A DNA stretch of 61,653 nt, the filler included. It is 7 parts of 7 records of this genome, joined end to end, with 100 filler letters (N's around TTAATTAATTAA, not from the genome) between each part and the next. Parts side by side here need not be neighbours in the genome. Positions count along the whole stretch, not along the records: positions 45,606 to 53,752 come from SRR31156797_4590; positions 53,853 to 61,653 come from SRR31156797_4612; 5 more parts are not named here. One strand, 5' to 3'. Below are positions 49,928 to 60,635 of this stretch, piece by piece (within the stretch, counting starts at the first letter, position 1; the number at the start of each line of letters is the position of its first letter). The position numbers and the translations under genes are program-made. The notes under the pieces are model-generated. The model was given only the letters and a program-made list of their open reading frames with translations. It was not told where the DNA came from and did not search any database.

Positions 49928-51361
49928 TTAATAACCTGTATTGTTTTCGTTAATATTACTGTTAGCATCTATCTCATTCTGAGGAATAGGATAAAGTACA
50001 TGATAATCCTTCGCATTTGCTCCCCTTGCAACAGCATTGGAAATAAATTTTCCGTGCCTGATTAGGTCTTCCCGTTCTTTACCTTCAAAATAAAGCTCCC
50101 TAAACCTTTCTTCAAGAATAAAGTCTCTTAAACCATCCTTTGAAAACGAGCTTACAGAGATTAATTCAACACCTGCCCTTTCTCTAACCTGGTTTATCAG
50201 ATCTATACTTTCCTGCGTCGGACCATTTATTTCATTTAATGCTTCGGCCCTTGCAAGAAGAATATCGGCATACCTGATATCAATAAGATCAATACCACTA
50301 TTGATACCATTAGCATCAGGATCAGGTTTATATTTAAGAGAAAATGAATTGTCATTTCCATAACCAACTACCGTTTCTCCCGATGTGTTTACATAACTTG
50401 TAACAATCGTATTCTTTCGGGTATCGTTATCATCAAACAAATCGACGAAAGAATCATATACGTACGCCCTGTGTGCCCATGTAGTTTGAGTTGATAGTAA
50501 TGGGTAATCTTTGGGCAACACAAGAGCAAGAAGCCTTTCCCAATTATTTGCAACATCAGCAGGATGTACCCAAATTACTTCACTGTTACCTTCATTTTCA
50601 ACACCAAAAATATTGGCATAATTTGTTAGCAAAGAGTATTTGTTTAGATTAATAACATCCTGCGCAACATCGGCACAATTTTGCCATTGTTTTGTATTTA
50701 AATAATGTTTGCATAAAATAGAGAGTGCAGCTCCTTTAGTCATCCTTCCATATTGTTCAGGTTCAACAGGTAAGCCTGTAGCCGCTTCAATTAAATCCGT
50801 TTCAATTCTGTTCAACATTTCTTCGTCTGTTGCTCTTGGCCGTTCAAGGTCTGTTGTTTCTGTTGTAGCAAATACAGGAACAGGTCCCCAGAAATTGTAT
50901 AATAAGCCATAGCAATACCCACGTATTGCTTTGCCCTCTGCAGCAACCTTAACCTTGTACTCCTCGGAATAAAAATTATCATCTCCACTAGCTTTATCTA
51001 CCAGTATATTGGCATCTCGGATTGCAGTATATGATTTACTCCAGTGAACGCTAAAGAAAGCAGTATTTGAATTCCAGGTAAAATCCTTAAATGGTGTAGA
51101 ATAACTAGTTTCAAAACTCCCCCCTTGTCCGTATCCATGTCCGGAAGAGAAAAAAGGCATTAACATCCGGTGGGAATAAAGTGTATTTGAAAAATCTGCA
51201 CTGGAATAAGCAGAATACAATATTGTATTTAATCCTTCCTCTGTTTTTAAGTATTCGTCTGATAATTCTGAATATACTTCTTCTTCCAAAACCTCAGTGC
51301 AACTATAAGGGACAGCTCCAATAACAAATAATATAAGTATAAACAATATTTTATTTTTCAT
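49928..51361 (-). CDS. SusD/RagB family lipoprotein
   Basis: Lipobox PYSC, WGPVP, GRMTKGAA, IRYADILLARAEALNE, ERFRELYFEG..REDLIR, YPIPQNEI. Confidence 0.95.
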   Translation of the reverse strand: MKNKILFILILFVIGAVPYSCTEVLEEEVYSELSDEYLKTEEGLNTILYSAYSSADFSNTLYSHRMLMPFFSSGHGYGQGGSFETSYSTPFKDFTWNSNTAFFSVHWSKSYTAIRDANILVDKASGDDNFYSEEYKVKVAAEGKAIRGYCYGLLYNFWGPVPVFATTETTDLERPRATDEEMLNRIETDLIEAATGLPVEPEQYGRMTKGAALSILCKHYLNTKQWQNCADVAQDVINLNKYSLLTNYANIFGVENEGNSEVIWVHPADVANNWERLLALVLPKDYPLLSTQTTWAHRAYVYDSFVDLFDDNDTRKNTIVTSYVNTSGETVVGYGNDNSFSLKYKPDPDANGINSGIDLIDIRYADILLARAEALNEINGPTQESIDLINQVRERAGVELISVSSFSKDGLRDFILEERFRELYFEGKEREDLIRHGKFISNAVARGANAKDYHVLYPIPQNEIDANSNINENNTGY

Positions 51362-51372
51362 GATATTTAATT

Positions 51373-53752
51373 TTAAAATTGAATATTTAAACCTAAAATC
51401 CATGTCCTGGATAAAGGATATGCATTATAATCAATTTTGGAATTACTGCGTCCAAAAGCATTTGCTTCAGGATCGTAACCGGTATAGTCTGTTATTGTAA
51501 ACAAATTTTGTCCAAGAACATAAACTTTTGCCGAATGTATCCCACTAACCTTAATTGGAATATCATAAGTCAACTGGATACTTTTCAAGCGAATATAAGA
51601 AGCATCCTCAATCACAAGGCTATTTACTTTTCCCCCGTCATACGAACTTGTGTTTATACCTGAAGGCCATTTTGCATCTCTATTATTCTCGGTCCATCGG
51701 TCATTATACTGAGCTGTGATCCTATTTCTTCGGGGATTGGCAGGATACATACTCTCAATGGCATTAACATTCAACAAATCAGCACCATACTGCCCTTGAA
51801 AGAAAAAGTCGAAGTTAAAATTTCCATAGGTTATTGAATTACGCAAGCCAAATGTGAAACCAGGGAAAGGATTTCCTAATATGACCTGATCATCTGTCGA
51901 AATTTTATCATCATTATTTACATTATCAAATTTAGGATATCCAGGTTCTGCATCTGGCTGAACAGAATTTTCAATCTCTTCTTCATCCTGAAAAATACCA
52001 ATTATTCGATAACCATAATAGGAGTTTAGAGGTTGACCGGGAGTAATAATAGTGGTATTACCCACCGATTGTATATAACTGGTGTTTATATTTTCTAGAC
52101 TTCCTAATGAAGTAACTTCATTCTTTGCTGAAGAAATATTAAATGTTGTTAACCATGAAAAATCATTCTTTACGATGTTTCTTGAATTGATCATAAATTC
52201 AACTCCCTTATTTTCCATAGAACCTATATTCTTTAAAGTATAACTAAAGCCCGATGAAACAGGTAAAGGAAGATAAAGTAGCATATCACTGGTTTTTTTA
52301 TTAAAATAATCCAATGAACCTGTAATTCTTCCTTTCAGAAAACCAAAATCAAGACCAATATTTAACTGCTCTGTTGTCTCCCATTTTAAATCAGGATTGG
52401 CAATCCGTGAAGGTTTTGTTCCAACATAGGCATTACCGTCAAGAATAGCGGTACCACCATCCGTATATGTACTTAACGACTGGTAATTACTTATTTCCTG
52501 GTTACCGGTTTGCCCCCAGCTTGTCCTAAGTTTCAGTTCACTGAACAATTCAGGGATAAAATCTTCTTCGGACAGTTTCCAGCCCAATGCAAATGAAGGG
52601 AAATAGCCAAATTTATTATTTTCACCAAAACGTGAAGAACCATCAGCACGGATAGATGCGGTGATTAAAAAATTGTAATATGAATAATTGGCCCGTGCTA
52701 AGTAAGATAATAAAGTATAACCATATTTACCACTCGAAATATCAGCGAATGAAGGATCTCCCAGTTCCAAATTATCAACACCTATATCATCGGCAGGGAA
52801 ACCGCTCGTTCCTGCGGAAAAAGATTTAGTTATAAAATCCTGATAGGTTATACCTCCAAGTACATTTAGGGAATTATTTTCATTAAATGTTTTTGAATAA
52901 TTCATGGTGTATTCCACGAGAAAATTGGAACGATCTCTTGATGCGATATTCGCAATTCCATTACTTGCACTTCCAAGAATCGTTTTAGTAGAATTATAAA
53001 TATCCCTTCTCCCGTTCTGATTATCTATTCCCAGGTTAATTTTGGCATTTAATCCTTCAAATATTTTATAATCGAGTGTCATGTTACCAAATATCCTGTT
53101 TGTTACACTTTGGCTAGAAATACCTTTTATCAAACTCATGGGATTGTTTATGGTAAGATCGGGAGAATCATAAAAATCTCCGGTTTCATCATAAACGGGA
53201 AGAGTTGGATCATATAACAATGCGGCATTTACAGGCCCTGCTTCTTCATTTGTGTTTACTCCTCCAATATAATTATCACTGTTTTCCCGACTTGTATTGA
53301 TATTCAACCCAAACTTCAATTTCTTACCAATTTCCTGTTCAAGATTAATACGGGCAATGTACCTTTCAATACCTGAATTCATAACCACACCTTCCTGGTC
53401 GAAGTAATTTAATGAAACATAAAATTTGGTTTTTTGTGCCCTGCCCGACATAGACAAGTTATGGCTTTGCACCATTGCCGTTTCATAAATTTCATCCTGC
53501 CAGTCCGTTCCATCTCCAATTTCTAATATGTCCTCATCAGAGAAAACAATTCCGTCTCCCGACTCTGTAGACAAAGTATTTATTGCTTCAATATACTCAC
53601 TCGTGGATAAGACATCTATTTTTTTTGCAACAGTCTGTACGCCACCATATCCATCATAATTAAATTTAATCCCTCCTGATCCCTTCTTTGTGGTAATAAG
53701 GACAACTCCATTTGCTCCGCGAGAACCATAAATTGCAGTTGCCGAAGCATCT
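51373..53752 (-). CDS. SusC/RagA TonB-dependent transporter (5'-truncated)
   Basis: DASATAIYGSRGANGVVLITTKKG at the contig edge, RADGSSRFG, NPDLKWETT, YPLSRTWILGLNIQF. Confidence 0.97.
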
Positions 53753-53852
53753 NNNNNNNNNNNNNNNNNNNNNNNNNNNNNNNNNNNNNNNNNNNNTTAA
53801 TTAATTAANNNNNNNNNNNNNNNNNNNNNNNNNNNNNNNNNNNNNNNNNNNN
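53753..53852. other. Artificial contig spacer
   Basis: N-run + TTAATTAATTAA + N-run. Confidence 0.99.
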
Positions 53853-56800
53853 TTTTCATTTTCATCATTATTGTTTTCCTTATGATGATTTCGGCACAGA
53901 GATATCACAGGAAACAGCTGGAGGAAGGCTCTGCCTGCGACCAGAAAAAAATCTTTCTCAGAACTCTGGGCGTTGTGGGATGTTCTCTGATAATCATATT
54001 TCTGCTTATCGTGACTGGTCTGGCCGGCATCAAACGTGCCGGGATGCTGGAGACGATGGAATCCCTTGAGGCCGCCTCCCACTCCACAGTCATTATCATG
54101 AGCCAGTATATTCAACAGAATCTCAACCAGATGATCGAGGTCAGCGAGGATAAGGATCTGGCCGATAAAACCCTGAGGCTTCTGAAGGCGCAAGGGGCGA
54201 CCGGAGATCTTTTGTCCCGTCCCGAGCTGAAGGAATTCAGAACCTATCTGGACAAATACTGCCCCTCCATCTGTTCCGACGGCTACCTGGTCATTTCGCC
54301 GGACCATAAAATAATCGCCTCCGACAGGGACGAATGGATCGGAGAGCATAATCATATCCTCTCTTTCCGACCCGTCCTGATGGAGAAGGCTATGGAAGGC
54401 GAGGTCATGTATATCCCGCCTCTTCCCGAAGGGATGTTCTCTTCGTCAGAGCTGTCCGGAAAGGCGGGCATGTACTACACGGCTCCCATAAAAGACCGGC
54501 GGCAGAGGATCCTAGCCGTACTGGCGCGAAGAGAGGATCCCGAGGATAACTTCACGGCTTTCTGCCAGCTGGCGCGGATCGGGAGGACCGGGGAAACCTA
54601 TGCCTTCGACCGCGAAGCCCGGATGCTCTCCAGCAGCCGGTTCGAGCCTGAGCTGAGGTCCGTCGGCCTTTTGGGAAGGTATCAGCCCAGCGCGCTGAAC
54701 ATCAGAATTACAGATCCCGGGAGCAAAATGAAGCCGTCAGAGAAGCCGGCGATAGCCGAGCCGGACCAGCAGCACACCGTTATGCTGAGGGAGGCTATCT
54801 TCAGCGGTGAGGGCAGCTCCTCGGAGGGGTACAGAGACTACAGAGGAGAGCTCGTCTGGGGGGCATGGCATTGGATCGGAGCTCTGAATATTGGAATCGC
54901 GTCGGAAATAAAAGTCCGTGACGCCCTGGGATCTTTTTATCTGGCCAGGCGATTCAGTCTGCTCATATTTGTTATGATCTCTCTTCTGGTGGTGAAATCC
55001 ACGGTCTTCAGTCTCAGGATCGGCCGCAGTACGAACGACATGCTCAGAAAGATCAACAGCGGTCTGGAATCCCGGGTGGAGTGGAGAACGAAAGATCTCT
55101 CTGCGGCGAACCGGAAACTGAAGGAAACGATTAGTGATCTGGATCGGGCCAAAGCCGAAGCCGAAGCGGCCGACAGGGCCAAATCCGATTTCATGGCCAA
55201 TATCAGTCACGAAATCAGAACACCTATGAACGGGATTATCGGTCTCACAGGTCTTCTGGAGAAAACCGGGCTCACCCTTAAACAGAAGGACTATCTGGAT
55301 AAAATTTCCCGTTCCACCGACAGGCTGCTCCGCATTGTCGAGGATATTCTGGATTTTTCAGAAGCGGAGAACGGACAGATCGCCCTCAATCTCTCCCTGT
55401 TCGAACCCTCCGCTGTGTTTCTGCATCTCCGGAACCTTCTGGAGGAACAGGCAGCCGCAAAAGGGCTGGAGATACGATTCTCCCTGGCCGCGGAGATTCC
55501 GGTAATCCTTATGGGAGATGCCCGCAGACTGGGGCAGGTCCTGCAGCATCTGGCGGAAAACGCCGTAAAGTTTACCGAGACGGGTTACATAGACGTTTGG
55601 GCTGAGTGTCTGGAGAAAAGTGAAAAGAAGGCGGAGCTGAAGTTTCTGGTACGGGATACGGGGATAGGGCTGACCAAAGAGCAGAAAGCCGGACTTTTTG
55701 AATCATTCTCCCAGGGGGACAGCTCCGTTACCAGAAAGTACGGCGGCGCCGGACTCGGCCTGTCCATCTGCCAGAGTCTGGTTTCGCTGATGGGCGGGAG
55801 AATCGAAGTTGAAAGCGAATACGGAAAGGGATCCCTCTTTCACTTCACTCTGGGATTCGACCTGCCTTATGAATCGACGGGGGAGGGCAGGCCTGAAGAG
55901 GAGCCTGCTTCTCGGGAGTCTATCAGGGGAGCACGCATACTGGTTGTGGAGGACAACAAGATTAATCAGCAGGTGGTCCGGGAGCTTCTGGAGGGAGACG
56001 GCTTCATTGTCGATCTGGCAGAGGACGGAGCGGCCGGAATCGAGATGGCCCTCGGATCGGGACCGTACGATGCTGTTCTCATGGATCTTCAGATGCCCGT
56101 AATGGGAGGTTACGAAGCCGCCCTCGGGATACGGGAAAAATACCTTCCCGGTGAGCTTCCCATCATCGCTCTGACCGCCGATGCCATGGTGGGGGCGAGG
56201 GAGAGGGTTCTGGAATCGGGCATGCAGGATTACCTGGCCAAGCCTATCGATGTGAATACGCTCCGGAGAACCCTGGCGAGATGGATCTCCCCGGGCGACC
56301 GTGAGCTGACTGGATCCTATATCCCTTCAAAGGAATCTGAAAACGTTCCGGAGGAAGGCGGCTTCCCTGCCGTTCGGGGATTGGATATCGAGGAGGGACT
56401 GAGACGGATCGGCGGCAACCGCAAACTGTATCTGAAAATGATGAAGCAGTTCTGCGCAGACTTTTCCGGAACGGATAAAGAAATCAGGAAGGCTCTGGCC
56501 GAGGATCGGCGGGAAGACGCTGTTCGCTACGCTCACACGGTGAAGGGGCTGGGAGGAAGCCTGGGAGCCCTGAATCTGTTCCGGTCGGCCGGTGATCTTG
56601 AGACGGCCCTGAAAACGGAACGCTCCGGAGAGGGCGCGCTTGAACGCTTTGCCGGAGATCTGGGATCTCTGATCCATGATATCAGGGCGTCGGGGATTCC
56701 GGGAGAAGACGAACGGCGGGAACTCTTCTCCGTCGATGAGGATACGCTGATCGCCCAGGTAAGACAGGCGGTCGGATCTCTCCGGGCCAGGAAACCGAAG

Positions 56801-56965
56801 CCCGCTGCCGAAATCCTGGACACCATGGAAGGCTATGCGCTGAAGGAGGAGGCGAAAAGCGCTTTGGCCGAAGCCGGGAAGCATCTGAAGAAGTACAAGA
56901 TGACTGATGCCGCCGCCGCTTTGGAAAGGGTTATAGGAATCTATGAGAGGGAGGAGTCGAAGTGA
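53853..56965 (+). CDS. Hybrid sensor histidine kinase (Cache-like, HisKA, HATPase, REC, Hpt), probably 5'-truncated
   Basis: Frame open to the contig edge (FIFIIIVFL); ANISHEIRTPMNG, ENAVKFT, DTGIG, VEDNKINQ...MDLQMP, AHTVKG. Confidence 0.95.
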
Positions 56966-57327
56966 TATTGCTGGTTGACGATACGGCATCGAATATCGAT
57001 ATTCTGATCGGAATCCTGGGAGAGGATTTTGAAGTGGCCGTCGCGCTTTGCGGAGAAGATGCCATCGAGGTCATGGAACAGGATATCCCCGAGCTTGTGT
57101 TTCTGGATGTTCTGATGCCGGGGATAAGCGGGTACGAGGTCCTGAATTATATGAAAAGCATGGAGCGGCTCGCGGATGTGCCCGTCGTATTCCTTTCGGC
57201 CAATGCGGATGCCCGGGAAAGGGAAAAGGGGCTGGCCTCCGGGGCCTCCGCGTACCTGGGCAAACCCATTGAGGCCGAGGCCGTTCTGAATCAGGCCCGA
57301 AAATACAGTTCGGCGGGGTTTTCATGA
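56962..57327 (+). CDS. Single-domain response regulator
   Basis: LLVDD, FLDVLMPGISG, FLSA, KP; GTGA overlap with the kinase. Confidence 0.93.
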   Translation: MILLVDDTASNIDILIGILGEDFEVAVALCGEDAIEVMEQDIPELVFLDVLMPGISGYEVLNYMKSMERLADVPVVFLSANADAREREKGLASGASAYLGKPIEAEAVLNQARKYSSAGFS

Positions 57328-57370
57328 ACAGTTGAAAACAGGCTTGGGAAGGAGGCAGTGAAATCGACAG

Positions 57371-57406
57371 GACGCCCCCCTGCGGACTGTCGGCAGGGGG
57401 GGCGTC
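57371..57406. other. Strong GC-rich hairpin
   Basis: GACGCCCCCCTGC...GCAGGGGGGGCGTC; no U-tract. Confidence 0.5.
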
Positions 57407-57608
57407 AGACTGTCTGCGGTCAATTCCGGCGACCGATCTATGGCGGTTAGGATACCGGGCACGCCTCGGGAAAGTAACGCCCGGGCGCATCGGTTAATAG
57501 TCAGGGGTCGATCGCTTTTATTTGAAAAATGAAATGGCTGTTCATATAATTGAAAAGGTACATTGCATACAAAAAACTGTTGGGACTGGGAATGAAGAGG
57601 GTTTGCCT

Positions 57609-58475
57609 ATGGATTTGAATCAGGAAATACTGGACCTTTCGCCGTTTGTCCACTTTGTCAAAGACAAAAACGGCTACTACCTTCAGGTAAACAACGCTTA
57701 CGAGAAAACTCTTGGATTGTCCCGGAACGAGATTATCGGGAAAAAGGACGAACAGATCTTTCCTCCCGATATCTACAGTGTCTGGAAGGATAGGGAACGG
57801 CGGATATTCAGAGAAAAGAAGAACGATCAGTTTGAAATAACCGTTAACCATGAGGGCGTTGACAGGACCTTCCTCGTCTTCTACTCGCCCCGCAGCGGGC
57901 TGAAAGAGAAGGATGACGAGTTCAGCGCCTGGATTCTGGAACTGACGGACAGAGTCCGTTCGGAAAGGAATTTGATGACAATACTGGACTCCCTCAATTC
58001 CGGATACCTGCTGATCGATCCGGAGACGAGGATCGTCCACGGAACAAACCGCCGGGCCCTGGACATGATCGGCTGTCCCGAACAGCAGATCGTCGGAGGG
58101 GACTGTCAGCAGTTTATCTGCAAGGTGAGGGACGGTGAGTGTCCCATTGACAATCAAGGGATGAGCGTGGAGAACATGGACGGCCTTCTTCGCGTGTGCG
58201 GCGGAGAAAAGATCCCCATCCTGAAAACCATCATCCCCGTTATGCTGGGGAGAAAGCGTTTTCTTCTGGAAAGCTTTACTGATATTTCACAGCAGAAGAC
58301 GAAGGAAGCTCTTCTCGGCAGGACGATCGAAGAGCTTGAGAAATTCAACAAATTTGCAATCGACCGGGAAGAGCGGATGATAGAACTCAAAAACGAGGTC
58401 AATCAGCTCTGTGTGGAGATGGGCCGGAAGAAGCGTTACAAAGTCGATTCGGAAAAGGAGCAGGCAGATGAATAA
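57609..58475 (+). CDS. Soluble PAS-PAS protein with coiled-coil tail and no output domain
   Basis: Two PAS domains (KDKNGYYLQVN...ELTDR; LIDPET...FTDISQQK); tail REERMIELKNEVNQL. Confidence 0.85.
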   Translation: MDLNQEILDLSPFVHFVKDKNGYYLQVNNAYEKTLGLSRNEIIGKKDEQIFPPDIYSVWKDRERRIFREKKNDQFEITVNHEGVDRTFLVFYSPRSGLKEKDDEFSAWILELTDRVRSERNLMTILDSLNSGYLLIDPETRIVHGTNRRALDMIGCPEQQIVGGDCQQFICKVRDGECPIDNQGMSVENMDGLLRVCGGEKIPILKTIIPVMLGRKRFLLESFTDISQQKTKEALLGRTIEELEKFNKFAIDREERMIELKNEVNQLCVEMGRKKRYKVDSEKEQADE

Positions 58476-59241
58476 TGAGATGTCCAATAAAATTTTAGAG
58501 CAGTTACCCACTCCCGTTATGGCTGTGGATAAGAATATGGAGCTCATCTTTGTCAACGACGCGGGATGCGATCTTCTCGGGAAGCCCTGGGAGGATATCA
58601 GGGGCTGCAAGTGCTTTGACGTGTTCAACTCAGAGCACTGCAAATCGGAGCACTGCAGGATGAAGCATGTGATGGCCGGCGGCGAGCCTGTGACTATCAG
58701 AAACGCCCTGGTGGTCAACGGAAAAACGATTCCCATCGAGTACACTGCTGATAAGTTGACCGATGAAAAAGGAAAGGTCGTGGGCGGGTTGGAATATATC
58801 ATCGATATCTCCGAAACCGTCAGCAAGGAGCAGAAGCTCAGGGAACAGAGCCGGACGATCATGGAGATATCCACTCCCGTGATCAAGCTCTGGGACAAGA
58901 TACTGACCCTTCCCATCGTGGGGATCGTCGACTCCTACAGGGCGCAGCAGATGATGGATATGATGCTGAACAAACTCAAGGAGACCTCTTCCAGGATTAT
59001 TATCCTCGATATACAGGGAGTCGCCGCCGTCGATACAGCCGTGGCCAACCATTTGATCAAGATCGCCAAGGCGACCCGTCTGATGGGCTGCACCTGCATC
59101 ATCTCCGGCATTTCACCCGCCGTGGCCCAGACCCTCGTACAGCTGGGCATCGATCTGGGCTCCATAAAAACCAGTTCGAATCTTCAGGAAGCCCTGGTCT
59201 CCAGTTTTGAAATACTGAATATCGAAGTGAACCGGAAATAA
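58468..59241 (+). CDS. rsbR: Stressosome RsbR-like protein (PAS + STAS)
   Basis: PAS domain with Cys motifs, then ISTPVIKLW, LPIVGIVDSYRA, DIQGVAAVDTAVA, GISPAVAQTLVQLG. Confidence 0.92.
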   Translation: MNNEMSNKILEQLPTPVMAVDKNMELIFVNDAGCDLLGKPWEDIRGCKCFDVFNSEHCKSEHCRMKHVMAGGEPVTIRNALVVNGKTIPIEYTADKLTDEKGKVVGGLEYIIDISETVSKEQKLREQSRTIMEISTPVIKLWDKILTLPIVGIVDSYRAQQMMDMMLNKLKETSSRIIILDIQGVAAVDTAVANHLIKIAKATRLMGCTCIISGISPAVAQTLVQLGIDLGSIKTSSNLQEALVSSFEILNIEVNRK

Positions 59242-59243
59242 AC

Positions 59244-59636
59244 GTGGCCGGGGAAGAGAAGGGAAATTACAAGCTATACGAACTCGACGGTTGTCTGATC
59301 GTTCCCTTTCATGAGGATACCAATCCGGTAAATATCCCGGTTCTGATGGGCGAAGCTTTGAAGATGATGGAACGGTCCGGCCTGGTCCACGTCATTCTGG
59401 ATCTGTCTTCTGTCGTCGTGATAGACCGCAAAACCTTTCGTAAAATTTTAGAACTGGCGAATATGATCAGGATGATGGGAGGGGGGGCTGTTTTCACGGG
59501 AATACAGCCGGGAGTCGCTTCCGCTCTGGTTGATCTGGCGGTGGACACAGAGAGGGTTGTGGCCGTTTCTTCCATCGGGGAGGGAATCCGCTTGTTCCGT
59601 GATTCGGGTAAAAGCGCCGGGGCGGAGAATGATTAA
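59244..59636 (+). CDS. rsbS: Stressosome RsbS-like STAS protein
   Basis: LDLSSVVVID, MMG...TGIQPGVASALVDL; lies between rsbR and rsbT. Confidence 0.85.
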   Translation: MAGEEKGNYKLYELDGCLIVPFHEDTNPVNIPVLMGEALKMMERSGLVHVILDLSSVVVIDRKTFRKILELANMIRMMGGGAVFTGIQPGVASALVDLAVDTERVVAVSSIGEGIRLFRDSGKSAGAEND

Positions 59637-60066
59637 GAATCGGGAGGGGCTTCACTACTCTTTGGAGAACTCGTCCGACAGCGCCCATATCCTTCTGTCG
59701 GTGAAGAAGTACGCGGGGCTGGCCGGATTCAATGAAATACAATGCGCCCTCGTGACCACCGCCGTATCCGAACTGATCACCAATATCTTCAAATACGCCG
59801 GCAGGGGGAGCATCCATATGGATCTGATCAGCCAGGGAGACAGGCAGGGAATCCGGATACTCGCCGAAGACGACGGTCCCGGAATCGCGGATATAGGGCT
59901 GGCCATGAACGAGAGCTACTCTTCGGGGGACAGCCTGGGGCTGGGGCTTCCCAGCGTCAAAAGGATCATGGACAGCTTTGACATTCAGTCCGCCGCGGGA
60001 ATGGGAACGAGGATCCAGGTCGTAAAATGGAGGGAGCTGCCTTGTGTGAATACGACTACGCCATGA
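59629..60066 (+). CDS. rsbT: RsbT-like serine/threonine kinase
   Basis: TAVSELITNIFKYAGRG, DDGPGI, LGLGLPSVKRIMDSF; ATG at 59629 overlaps the rsbS end. Confidence 0.93.
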   Translation: MIKNREGLHYSLENSSDSAHILLSVKKYAGLAGFNEIQCALVTTAVSELITNIFKYAGRGSIHMDLISQGDRQGIRILAEDDGPGIADIGLAMNESYSSGDSLGLGLPSVKRIMDSFDIQSAAGMGTRIQVVKWRELPCVNTTTP

Positions 60067-60635
60067 TCAAGGAGCCTCTGACCGGCAAGAGCAATGAGTG
60101 CGGCGACGACGGAATCATCATCGAGCGTGACGGGGAGCTTTTCGTGGCCCTCATGGATGCTCTGGGGCACGGGAGAGAAGCCTGCGAGGTTGTCCGCCGG
60201 GCCGGCGCTTATCTCCGGGAACATTACAGGGAAGAACTGGCGGAGATCCTTTCGGGGCTGAACAGGCACATGCAGGGGACCAGAGGGCTTGTCGCCGGTC
60301 TGTGCCGCTTGAATATGGAAAACAATACGGCCCGCTTCTCCGGGATCGGGAATATTTCAACCCGGATCCACGGAAAAAACAGTCACTCCTTTCTTTCCAG
60401 AGAGGGGATCGTCGGGTATCTGATGCCCCGGCCGCAGGAGCAGGAGGTCGTGTTTTCCCCCGGCGATATTCTGATTCTCAACTCAGACGGAATCAAAGAG
60501 AATATGCCGTTGATTGAAATTCCTGATCTGCTTCAGGGAACGTCGGAAGAGATCGCGTCGCGTCTGCTCAGGGAGCTGAGAAACCATGATGATGCGTCTT
60601 GTCTGGTAGTGAGGTGCAGGAGATGCAAATACTAG
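60027..60635 (+). CDS. rsbX: RsbX-like PP2C/SpoIIE phosphatase
   Basis: ECGD, DALGHG, TRG, GIGNI, GIVG, SDGI, DDAS. Confidence 0.9.
   Translation: MEGAALCEYDYAMIKEPLTGKSNECGDDGIIIERDGELFVALMDALGHGREACEVVRRAGAYLREHYREELAEILSGLNRHMQGTRGLVAGLCRLNMENNTARFSGIGNISTRIHGKNSHSFLSREGIVGYLMPRPQEQEVVFSPGDILILNSDGIKENMPLIEIPDLLQGTSEEIASRLLRELRNHDDASCLVVRCRRCKY

Noticed and set aside
57330..57600. c-di-GMP riboswitch upstream of the stressosome genes
   Set aside because: Hairpins are present, but the conserved class I or class II core sequences could not be matched by eye.
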